Program-made: the position numbers and the translations under genes
Notes under the pieces: model-generated
Databases searched by the model: none
The model's input: only the letters and a program-made list of their open reading frames with translations
What the model was told of the DNA's origin: nothing
Assembly: GCA_963803275.1 (NCBI GenBank)
Contig: CAWDLS010000001.1
Coordinates: 596,107 to 660,106, forward strand
DNA: 64,000 bases
Source of the DNA: an uncultured Gammaproteobacteria bacterium
Lineage (GTDB): Bacteria > Pseudomonadota > Gammaproteobacteria > UBA9214
Reading direction: 5' to 3'
In this document: one piece after another, positions 49,784 to 58,813 of the stretch
How the letters are laid out: every line of letters starts with the position of its first letter
How positions within the stretch are numbered: the first letter of the stretch is position 1

Positions 49784-50386
49784 GCTGCCATTCTGGCGGT
49801 TGTGCTGGGCGAGTCGTGCAGTCAGCGTATCGATGCCGCCCTGGCTCATCACGGCGGCAAAGCTGCTCCGGTTGCTGGCCACCAGACTTATGCCGTCGAT
49901 GACCACGTCGTAGACTTTCCACTCGCCGCCCTTGAGATGCATGCGGTAGTCGATCGCTATCGGTGGCCCCGAGCGCTGCAGCACCTCGGTACGCACCACC
50001 ACCTCGTCGGCGGCATCCGGTGCGTGCAGGGGTTTGTATTCGATCTTCTCATCCTTGTATTTGGCCAGTGATACAGCATAAAAACGCACAAGGTGAGTAC
50101 GGAATTCCTGGATGAAGCGCCGCTGCTGGCCCGGATTTGCGGTACGCCAGTAATGGCCCAGTACCATCTTCGCCATGGCGTCGATATCGAAATGGGGCGC
50201 TACGATCCGGTTCAACAGCTTGTAAACAGAGTTCGGATCGCGTTGCGCCAGGTCCGGTGCCTGTTTGAGTTCATGGATTACCTGACCCGAGACGTCCTCC
50301 ACCAGCTGTCGGGCAGAGTCAGACGCGCCACCCGTCACACCGGTAACAAACAGCGTCGTCGCCAGCAATACCGCCAATCGTCTCAT
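49781..50386 (-). CDS. MlaC/Ttg2D-family phospholipid-binding periplasmic protein (stand-alone)
   Basis: Signal peptide, then a Tgt2/MlaC-like core. 201 aa. No other mla genes nearby. Confidence 0.7.
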   Translation of the reverse strand: MRRLAVLLATTLFVTGVTGGASDSARQLVEDVSGQVIHELKQAPDLAQRDPNSVYKLLNRIVAPHFDIDAMAKMVLGHYWRTANPGQQRRFIQEFRTHLVRFYAVSLAKYKDEKIEYKPLHAPDAADEVVVRTEVLQRSGPPIAIDYRMHLKGGEWKVYDVVIDGISLVASNRSSFAAVMSQGGIDTLTARLAQHNRQNGS

Positions 50387-50561
50387 CTGATACGCTCCTT
50401 GACCCGTTCGGATTCACTCACACTCTATTCCACCCGTAACAGCGTGATACGCAGCCCATGAATACACTGCCGACGCCACTGCCGCTGCCGGCCACAGCAC
50501 CGGCAGCGGGCAACCTGTATCACACGGACATAGCGGAATGCGGATCAGTTCCGGAATCACC

Positions 50562-50867
50562 TTACATGGCGCCGCCGGTCGAACCGCCGGACTCCTCCTC
50601 GCCTGCCGGGACCGACTTGTCATCCCCGGATTTTTGTTGCAGGCTCTCGAAGGCGCTGAACTCGGTGCGGTTGATGGCGCCGTCCTGATTCGTGTCGACA
50701 GCACTCCATTGCGCACTCAACGCGCTGTCTCCACCTGCCTCGGTGACATTCAGCTGTCCATCGCCGTTCACGTCGAGTTGATCAAACGTGGGACCGGCAG
50801 CCGCTCCACAGGTTCCTGCCGCAGTGATAAACAACAGTGTTGCAAACGTATTCAGCCTTGTCTTCAT
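50562..50867 (-). CDS. secreted EF-hand calcium-binding protein
   Basis: Signal peptide plus two canonical EF-hand loops (DVNGDGQLNVTE, DTNQDGAINRTE). Confidence 0.65.
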   Translation of the reverse strand: MKTRLNTFATLLFITAAGTCGAAAGPTFDQLDVNGDGQLNVTEAGGDSALSAQWSAVDTNQDGAINRTEFSAFESLQQKSGDDKSVPAGEEESGGSTGGAM

Positions 50868-51167
50868 GGATGTTCTCCTTTATTTCTGGAATGTTTGACA
50901 CACTTGATTACCAGCAGATATGATGCCAATGTTTGGCAAAATATTTACTTTCAAAGAGATAGCAGCATATTCCCGCTTCGACCGAACCCGTTGGAGCCTA
51001 AACCCGGTCGTGCCACGGCGACGTACCTGCCAGTACCATGGTCAGGTGATTGAAATGAAAAAAGTTTGCCTGTCGCTCTGCAGCGTCAGATTAAATATGA
51101 TCGACCTGGTTTCTCAGCCGGCCCGTCCTGTTGTCCTCTTACCCATGCACGACAAGGGGTTACTCGC

Positions 51168-51671
51168 ATGAAACGGCGCAGCTCAATTCCAGTGATCCAG
51201 GCCGGTTGCCTGTTAGTGCTCAGTGCCATGGTCATGGCCGGCGAGTTCGATGCCAGGATTCCCATGTCCGTCGGGGCCGCCAGCACCTTCTATGTCCAGG
51301 GCCGGTTTGAAAACCTGGCAGCCACTGAATTCATGGTCGACACAGGCTCGGGCTACCTCACGATCAACACACCCACGCTGAACCAACTGCTCGAACGCGG
51401 TCTGGCGAGCTACAAGCGCGTGCTTCCCGGCGTACTGGCCGACGGCACCGAAGTGGAGGTTCCTGTTTATCAAGTAGCGCAGTTCAGCATCGGACCCTGC
51501 CTGCTGCAGAACGTGGAAGCGGCCGCATTCCCATCCACCCGGCGTCAGATCCTCGGCCTGAATGTGCTGAACCGGTCCGCGCCTTTCATCTTTTCCGTGA
51601 ATCCACCCGAACTGGTCTTGAGCCATTGCACCGAAGCAGCCCTGGCCGAGATCCCCCACGCAGCTAACTAG
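51168..51671 (+). CDS. retropepsin-like (clan AA) aspartic protease with signal peptide
   Basis: MKRRSSIPVIQAGCLLVLSAMVMA signal peptide. Catalytic motif MVDTGSGYLTI. Confidence 0.65.
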   Translation: MKRRSSIPVIQAGCLLVLSAMVMAGEFDARIPMSVGAASTFYVQGRFENLAATEFMVDTGSGYLTINTPTLNQLLERGLASYKRVLPGVLADGTEVEVPVYQVAQFSIGPCLLQNVEAAAFPSTRRQILGLNVLNRSAPFIFSVNPPELVLSHCTEAALAEIPHAAN

Positions 51672-51707
51672 AATCCATCGCATAAACCCGCGCGAACCGC
51701 GCTGCAG
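51668..51707. repeat. solo end of the MITE family (inverted orientation)
   Basis: CTAGAATCCATCGCATAAACCCGCGCGAACCGCGCTGCAG is the reverse complement of the MITE right end with about 5 mismatches. Its CTAG contains the TAG stop of the retropepsin-like gene. Confidence 0.55.
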
Positions 51708-52680
51708 TACGATCGACGTGACCGCATGCCGCACCGCGCGGCAGCGTACCCGGTGCAGGACAAGCAGGTGGATGCCGAAGCTGCCCGGTATGAATCGCGG
51801 GTACCGCAAAATCCGGTGACATACCCGGTTATTATTGGGGGGACTTCCGCACACAGCCGACTGCCGGCCACGTCACCACGGCTGTGCATCGATTTATTTC
51901 GGTTCGCCACAGGAGGACGTATCAGCATTATTGGCAACGGCCAGACGTGACACGTTTGATGCGTTAGACAGCTTAGAAGGAACGACCAAACAGGTAGCTG
52001 GCCATGAACCACTGCATGACGGGTGAACGCCTCAGGAACGAAAACCGTACGCATACCGGCACCAGCGGAGTCACCCAGGGCGGGTCGTGATGAAATTGTG
52101 AGATTTGTGTGAGGATAATGTGACCGCTGGCTGTCATTGTATACCGCAGGATGTAAGCACCGGTCCACGGACATGTCCCTGATATCCGGTTAACCGTTTA
52201 GCCGTAACATCAGCCTGTCTGAGGAGGCGCTATGGGAAGGACGGCCGCGACGAACGGTATCCTGGTGCAGGATCCGCGATCCCTGCTTCCCGGCCTGTCC
52301 CGCTGTACGCGCATTCGGGCATGCAGCCCGCGCCTGGCGGAGGCTGTCAGGCCCGGAACAGTCATCGACAGGCAGTGCGTTGCGCATTTCGATAGACATT
52401 GCACAAGCCGTTTCGATAATTTTGACACCAGGCAAGGCGGTTGTCGGGCAGGCGCAAGAGGGCGGCTATCTGTTTGCTGCAATACACCCTCAACCGGCAA
52501 TCCACCCACATAGCTGCAAACCGGAGCTACCCGTGTAACCGGAGGGTGGACCGGAACCGGCCTTTTGCAGGTGCGAACCGCAGAACCCGGTGTCGCGCCG
52601 GCAGGTGAACGTCTGCATGCGCCAGGAAAGTGGTCTGCCCAGAAAAAGTTGAAACAAATTAATATCACGGAGGAAAAACG

Positions 52681-53607
52681 ATGAGCGCAGCGCAAATCGT
52701 ACCACCTGACAAGCTGCCGGCGCCCCCCTCCACGGAAGACATCCTGCACCTGATCTACGAGGGTACCGCCGTCGCCACCGGCGAGGATTTTTTCCACGCC
52801 CTGGTGCGCGCCACCGCCACCGCCATGCAGGTGCAGTTCTGTTTTGCAGCGGAGTTCGCCGGCAGCCGTGACAGGGTGCGTACGCTGGCCTACTGGATGG
52901 GCACGACGATGACGGAGAACATCGAGTTCGATCTCGACGGCACGCCCTGCGAAGACGTGCTGATGGGCCAGGTGCGCTATTATCCGACGGGAGTCCGGGA
53001 ATTGTTTCCCCGCGACACCGGCCTCATCGACCTCGGCATCGAAAGCTACCTCGCCACCCCGATGACCGACCGGCATGGCGAGGTCCTGGGACATCTGGCG
53101 ATTTTCGATGTCAACCCCATGCAGTTCCGGGAGAACGAGCTGGCCGTGTTCAGGATCTTCGGGGCGCGCGCGGCAGCCGAGCTCGAACGCCTGTACGCCA
53201 CCGAATCGGTGCGTCTCAGCGAACGGCGTCTCGCCAACATCCTGGCCTCGGCCACCGACGCCATCATCACCATCGACACCGACCATCACATCACGCTGTT
53301 CAACCAGGCGGCCGAACAGGTGTTTCGCTGCGCCGCGAACTGGGCCATGGGGCAGCCGTTCGACCGGTTCCTGTCGGCGTCGTTCCGCCGCCTGATCGCG
53401 CCCTTGCTCGACCGGGACACGACCGGGGCCCAGCAGGTCTGGGCGCCGGACGGCATCACGGCCGTGCGTGCCGACGGCGAGGAATTTCCCATCGAGGCCA
53501 CCCTCTCCCCGCTGGAAATTGCCGGCAAGCGGCTCTACACCGTCATCCTGCGCGACATCAACGAACGCGAACTCGCCCGGCAGCAGCCTGCCGCAGATGG
53601 ACTATGA
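52681..53607 (+). CDS. GAF-PAS sensor-domain protein without output domain
   Basis: N-terminal GAF-like region and C-terminal PAS (ASATDAIITIDTDHHITLFNQAAEQVF). GGAGG RBS. Confidence 0.7.
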   Translation: MSAAQIVPPDKLPAPPSTEDILHLIYEGTAVATGEDFFHALVRATATAMQVQFCFAAEFAGSRDRVRTLAYWMGTTMTENIEFDLDGTPCEDVLMGQVRYYPTGVRELFPRDTGLIDLGIESYLATPMTDRHGEVLGHLAIFDVNPMQFRENELAVFRIFGARAAAELERLYATESVRLSERRLANILASATDAIITIDTDHHITLFNQAAEQVFRCAANWAMGQPFDRFLSASFRRLIAPLLDRDTTGAQQVWAPDGITAVRADGEEFPIEATLSPLEIAGKRLYTVILRDINERELARQQPAADGL

Positions 53608-53965
53608 CACGCGCCGCATCGCGCCGGCGCGGGCCGAACACCGCCGCCTGGTACGCGGCTTCCGCAACGCCCTGCTGCGTGCCGGCTGCCTGGGTTTTTC
53701 CAGGACCATACCCCTGAGCGGAACCGCACATGCCTGCGGCAGCCTGGTCGCCGGGCACGATCCCGCGCGCTCGGTGGTCGATGCAGGCGGCAAGGTGCAC
53801 GGCATGGACAACCTCTACGTGGTCGACGGCAGCGTGCTGCCGCGCTCGAGCCGCGTCAATCCCTCGCTTACCATCTATGCCTGGTCACTGCGGGTCAGCG
53901 AACTGCTGAACCGACGTGCCACGGAGAGTTGCGATGCCACCGCTCATAAACCCGTCACTGCCTGA
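53603..53965 (+). pseudogene. C-terminal fragment of a GMC-family oxidoreductase (gene remnant)
   Basis: Only the final ~115 aa of a GMC_oxred_C domain are present (TAHACGSLVAG...KVHGMDNLYVVDGSVLP...NPSLTIYA). No N-terminal FAD domain upstream. Overlaps the stop of the GAF-PAS gene. Confidence 0.55.
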
Positions 53966-56054
53966 GTGCATTCGCTTCGGCCGCGAGATCTGCGGCGATC
54001 TCGCCCAGGCCGAGCGGCGTGAATGGTGGCTCGCCAACGGCCTGGGCAGCTATGCGGCCGGCACCGTAGCCGGCAGCCTGACACGCCGCTACCACGGCCT
54101 GCTGATCGCCCCGACCGACGCACCGCTTGGCCGCCACCTGGTGTTCGCCAGGGCCGAGGCGATGCTGACAGATGGCACCCGGGAATGGGCGCTCTGCACC
54201 AACCACTGGGCGGGCGGCGCGGTGGTGCCGCAGGGCTATGTGCATATCGAGTCGTTCCATCTCGAGGGCCGGATACCGGTATGGCGCTACGCCGCCGGTG
54301 CGCTGCGCCTCGAGCAGCGCATCTGGATGGAGCCGGGGGCGCACACCAGCTACGTCGCCTGGCGCCTGCTGACCCCCCTGCGCAACGGCGCGGCCGTGCA
54401 CGTGCGGGTGCGCCTGCTGATCAATGCGCGCGACCATCACGGCAATGCCCGGCCCGGGGATTTCAACCCCGTCATCGAGCAGACGGGCCGGCGACTCGAC
54501 ATTATCCATTCCGGCGGGCCGCACCTGTCGATCCGCATGACGGCGGGAGAACTGCGCGGCGACCGCACCTGGATCGAGAATTTCGACCTGCCGGCCGAGC
54601 GCGAGCGGGGACTCGACCCGACCGACAGCCACCTGTGCGTGGGCGAGGCGGTACTGAAGCTGGCACCGGATCGCTGGTCAGGGATCACGGCCAGCCTGCA
54701 CGCGGGTGCCTCGCCTGCCCTCGAGGAGGCCCTGCGGCGTTGCCAGGCCCATGACCGTGACGTGCTGGCGCGCGCCCAGCTCCACAGCCCCGGCCTGCGC
54801 GAGGCGCCTGCCTGGGTGCAGCAACTGGTGCTGGCCGCTGACAGCTTCGTGTTCGCGCGGCCGCTGCCCGGGATACCGGACGGAGAATCCGTGATCGCGG
54901 GCTACCCGTGGTTCGGCGACTGGGGCCGCGACACCATGATCGCCCTGCCCGGGCTGACGCTCGCCACCGGACGCGCGGAAAGCGCGCGGCGCATCCTCGA
55001 GACCTTCGCCCGCTTCGTCGACCAGGGCATGCTGCCGAATGTCTTTCCCGGTGCCGGCGACCGGCCCGACTACAACACCGTGGATGCCGCCCTCTGGTAT
55101 GTGGAGGCCTGGCGCGCCTGTCACGAGTCCCTGCGCGACCACGCCGCCCTGGCGCAGGTGTACCCGGTGCTGGAGTCGATCATCGACTGGCATGTGCGCG
55201 GCACCCGCTTTGGTATCGGTATGGACCCCGCCGATGGCCTGCTGCGTGCCGGCGAACCCGGAGTGCAGCTCACCTGGATGGACGCGAAGGTCGGCGACTG
55301 GGTGGTGACACCGCGTATCGGCAAGCCGGTGGAGATCAATGCCCTGTGGTACAACGCGCTGTGCAGCATGGCCGGCTTCGCCCGGCAGCTGGGGCAACCC
55401 GCCGAACGCTACGTGGCACTGGCCGCCCGGGTGCACACGGGCTTCGCGCGCTACCGGCGTGCCGGGGGCGGCCTGTTCGATGTACTCGACGGCCCCGCGG
55501 GCGACGATGCCAGCGTGCGTCCCAACCAGGTCCTGGCGGTCAGCCTGCCGCACAGTCCACTGCCCGCCGCGGCGCAGGCCGCCGTGGTGGCCGAGTGCGC
55601 CAGCGAGCTGCTCGGGTCCTACGGACTGCGCTCGCTCAGTCCCGCGCATCCCGATTACCGGCCGCACTACCAGGGCGGTGTATGGGAACGCGACGGCGGT
55701 TATCACCAGGGGCCGTTGTGGGGCTGGCTGCTGGGCCACTATGCCCTCGCCCACTACCGGGTGAACGGCGATGCGGACGCGGCACTGCGGCTGCTCGAAC
55801 CGGTCCAGGATCATCTGCGCGACGCGGGTCTCGGTACGGTGAGCGAGATCTTCGACGGCGACCCGCCGCATACCCCGCGCGGCGCCCCGGCGCAGGCCTG
55901 GTCGGTCGCCTGCGTACTGGAGGCCTGGTGGCGCCTTGCGCAGGCGCGCCGCACTAACCACACCACGGACACCGCGGCAATGCACTCGCCGGCGGCGGAC
56001 ATGACCGATAAAAACACCCGGACTTCGGAAGGCGGACGACATGACAACACCTGA
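53916..56054 (+). CDS. glycogen debranching enzyme / amylo-alpha-1,6-glucosidase (archaeal-type GDE)
   Basis: N-terminal GDE_N region (ANGLGSYAAGTVAGSLTRRYHGLL) and a C-terminal (alpha/alpha)6 barrel (GYPWFGDWGRDTMIALPGL). Confidence 0.8.
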   Translation: MPRRVAMPPLINPSLPECIRFGREICGDLAQAERREWWLANGLGSYAAGTVAGSLTRRYHGLLIAPTDAPLGRHLVFARAEAMLTDGTREWALCTNHWAGGAVVPQGYVHIESFHLEGRIPVWRYAAGALRLEQRIWMEPGAHTSYVAWRLLTPLRNGAAVHVRVRLLINARDHHGNARPGDFNPVIEQTGRRLDIIHSGGPHLSIRMTAGELRGDRTWIENFDLPAERERGLDPTDSHLCVGEAVLKLAPDRWSGITASLHAGASPALEEALRRCQAHDRDVLARAQLHSPGLREAPAWVQQLVLAADSFVFARPLPGIPDGESVIAGYPWFGDWGRDTMIALPGLTLATGRAESARRILETFARFVDQGMLPNVFPGAGDRPDYNTVDAALWYVEAWRACHESLRDHAALAQVYPVLESIIDWHVRGTRFGIGMDPADGLLRAGEPGVQLTWMDAKVGDWVVTPRIGKPVEINALWYNALCSMAGFARQLGQPAERYVALAARVHTGFARYRRAGGGLFDVLDGPAGDDASVRPNQVLAVSLPHSPLPAAAQAAVVAECASELLGSYGLRSLSPAHPDYRPHYQGGVWERDGGYHQGPLWGWLLGHYALAHYRVNGDADAALRLLEPVQDHLRDAGLGTVSEIFDGDPPHTPRGAPAQAWSVACVLEAWWRLAQARRTNHTTDTAAMHSPAADMTDKNTRTSEGGRHDNT

Positions 56055-58773
56055 ACTGAACGCGGAGCAACAACGCCTGGAGCAACAGCACCAGGGCAGG
56101 GAAAACTGGCGCCTGTGGGGGCCGTATCTGGCGGAGCGCGCCTGGGGGACGGTGCGCGAGGATTACAGCGAGCACGGCACCGCCTGGGAATACTTCGATC
56201 ACGACCAGGCCCGCTCCCGTGCCTACCGCTGGAACGAGGACGGCATGGGCGGCCTCTGTGACGAGCAGCAGCGGCTGTGTCTGGCGCTGGCGCTGTGGAA
56301 TGGCCGCGATCCGATCCTCAAGGAACGCGCCTTCGGCCTGACCGGCAACCAGGGCAACCATGGCGAGGACGTCAAGGAGTATTACTTCTACCTCGACGCC
56401 ACGCCGAGTCACAGCTATCTGCGTTATCTGTACAAATATCCGCAGGCGGAATACCCCTATACACGGCTGGTCGAGGAAAACCGGCGGCGCAGCCGGCTCG
56501 ATCCACCGTACAGCCTGCTCGACACCGGTGTCTTTCACGAGAACCGCTACTGGGACATCGAGGTGCAGTACGCCAAACACACACCGGAGGTGATCCACGC
56601 CTGTTTCCTCGCCAGTAACTGCGGGCCCGAGGCGGCGACGCTGCACCTGCTGCCCACACTGTGGTTCCGAAACACGTGGTCATGGGGTGACGCCACGGAC
56701 GAAAAGCCACTGCTCAAGGCGATCGAGCCACCGCAGGGGGCGGCCTGGGCGGTCCAGGCGATCCACCCGACCCTGGGCAGTTACTTCCTCTACGGGCGCC
56801 AGCCGGGCACCGGTCTGTTTACCGAGAACGACAGCCATGCCGAGCGGCTCTGGGGCTACCCGAGCGCCACACCCTGGGTCAAGAACGCCTTTCACCGCCA
56901 TGTCGTCGACGGGGTGCAGGAGGCCGTCAACCCGGCTGGCGAGGGCACCAAATTCGCGGCCTGGCATCAAGTCACCGTCGCGCCCGGACAGCAGGCCACC
57001 CTCAATCTGGTGCTCTCGGCCCGGCCGCTCGAGAATCCCTTCGCGCGCAGCCAGGTGATCTTCTCGCAGCGCCACTCCGAGGCAGATGTGTTCTACGACG
57101 AGCTGCTGCCCGATGCCAGCCCCGAGGACCATCGCATCACGCGCCAGGCGCTGGCGGGCATGATCTGGAGCAAGCAGTTCTTCCACTACGACGTCTCGCG
57201 CTGGATGACCGGTGACCACTACCCCACCCCGTCCACGCGCCGCTTCGGACGCAACCGCTACTGGAAGCACTTCCGCGCCGGCGACGTGATCTCCATGCCG
57301 GACACCTGGGAGTACCCCTGGTTCGCGGCCTGGGACCTGGCGTTTCATTGCGCGGCGCTGGCGCTGATCGACCTGGATTTTGCCAAGCAGCAGATCGAGC
57401 TGATGCTGATGGACAACTACCTGCATCCCAACGGGCAGATCCCGGCCTACGAGTGGGCCTTCAGCGACGTCAACCCGCCAGTGCACGCCATGGGGGCGCT
57501 CAAGTGCTTCCGCAGCGAGCGTGTGCAGCGCGGTCGCGCCGACCGCGATTTTCTGCTGCGGGTATTCAACAAGCTGCTGCTCAACTATGCGTGGTGGATC
57601 AACCGCAAGGACACCGACGGCCACAATGTGTTCGAGGGCGGTTTCCTCGGTCTGGACAACATCTCGGTGTTCGACCGTTCGCACCCGCTGCCCCCCGGTT
57701 ACAGTCTCAAGCAGGCGGACGCCACCGGCTGGATGGCGATGTTCGCACTCAACATGACGCTGATCGCACTGGAGCTGGCCTATGACGATCCGAACTACGA
57801 GGACATCGCGATCCAGATCTACGATCAGTTCCTGTCGATCGCCAACACGGTCGCCGGCCAGTCCGACGGCGGCATCGCGCTGTGGGATCCGGAGGCGGGT
57901 TTCTTCAAGGACCTGGTGATCACGCCCGACGGGGGCATCCACCGGATCGACGTCTATTCCTGGGTGGGACTTATCCCGCTGTTCGCCTGTGAGGTCGTGG
58001 ACCGGCGACTGCTCAGCCGGGTGCCGCGCTTTGCTGCCCTGCTGCGAGAACACCGGGGCGGCAGCTTCCAGGGTCATTACGTCTGCGCCTGCCCCGACTG
58101 GGAGAACGAGCGTGGTGAGCACCTGTTATCGCTCGCGGACCACACCATGCTGCCGCGCATCCTGCAGCGTCTGCTGAACGAGGAGGAGTTCCTCTCGCCC
58201 TACGGCGTGCGCAGCGTCAGCAAGCTGCACGCCACGCACCGCGAACTCGGCCACCTGCCGGGCGTGGGCGAGGCGATGATCGAATACCTGCCGGGGGAAT
58301 CGAACTCGGGGCTGTTCGGCGGCAACTCCAACTGGCGTGGACCGATCTGGATGCCGACCAATTTCCTGCTGGTGCAGGCCCTGGAGAAATACCACCGCTT
58401 CCTGGGTGACGGGTTTACCGTGTCCGTCCCCTGCCTGGACGGCCGGGCACTGAACCTGAAAGAGATCGCGAGTCTCATCGCCGAACGCCTGGTCGATATC
58501 TACCGGCGCGATGCGACCGGCCGGGTGCGCGCCCACCCGCCTGAGAGCCCGTTCCAGCATGACCCCGCCTGGCGCGATCTGTACCTGTTCTACGAATACT
58601 TCCACGGCGACACCGGCCAGGGGCTGGGTGCCTCGCACCAGACCGGCTGGACCGGGCTGGTCGCGAACCTGGTCGCCCGCCGCTACCGCCGCGACATTCC
58701 GCGCTACTGGCGCGAGCACCCGCCGGCCGCAACCGCCGCCGGGCGTTCCACCACCGATGAGGTGGTGGCGTGA
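56041..58773 (+). CDS. MGH1-like GH63-family glucosidase
   Basis: 910 aa with a C-terminal (alpha/alpha)6 GH63-like catalytic domain. Typical partner of GDE in alpha-glucan gene pairs. Confidence 0.8.
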   Translation: MTTPELNAEQQRLEQQHQGRENWRLWGPYLAERAWGTVREDYSEHGTAWEYFDHDQARSRAYRWNEDGMGGLCDEQQRLCLALALWNGRDPILKERAFGLTGNQGNHGEDVKEYYFYLDATPSHSYLRYLYKYPQAEYPYTRLVEENRRRSRLDPPYSLLDTGVFHENRYWDIEVQYAKHTPEVIHACFLASNCGPEAATLHLLPTLWFRNTWSWGDATDEKPLLKAIEPPQGAAWAVQAIHPTLGSYFLYGRQPGTGLFTENDSHAERLWGYPSATPWVKNAFHRHVVDGVQEAVNPAGEGTKFAAWHQVTVAPGQQATLNLVLSARPLENPFARSQVIFSQRHSEADVFYDELLPDASPEDHRITRQALAGMIWSKQFFHYDVSRWMTGDHYPTPSTRRFGRNRYWKHFRAGDVISMPDTWEYPWFAAWDLAFHCAALALIDLDFAKQQIELMLMDNYLHPNGQIPAYEWAFSDVNPPVHAMGALKCFRSERVQRGRADRDFLLRVFNKLLLNYAWWINRKDTDGHNVFEGGFLGLDNISVFDRSHPLPPGYSLKQADATGWMAMFALNMTLIALELAYDDPNYEDIAIQIYDQFLSIANTVAGQSDGGIALWDPEAGFFKDLVITPDGGIHRIDVYSWVGLIPLFACEVVDRRLLSRVPRFAALLREHRGGSFQGHYVCACPDWENERGEHLLSLADHTMLPRILQRLLNEEEFLSPYGVRSVSKLHATHRELGHLPGVGEAMIEYLPGESNSGLFGGNSNWRGPIWMPTNFLLVQALEKYHRFLGDGFTVSVPCLDGRALNLKEIASLIAERLVDIYRRDATGRVRAHPPESPFQHDPAWRDLYLFYEYFHGDTGQGLGASHQTGWTGLVANLVARRYRRDIPRYWREHPPAATAAGRSTTDEVVA

Positions 58774-58813
58774 GCCGGTGACCCGGGACGACACCGTGGA
58801 CACGACGCACGCC

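Noticed and set aside
52232-52513. 93-aa ORF with a strong GAGGAGG RBS in the long spacer before the GAF-PAS gene
   Set aside because: The translation is Arg/Cys-rich and low complexity with no recognisable fold. It is kept only as a possible leader peptide or remnant, not called as a gene.
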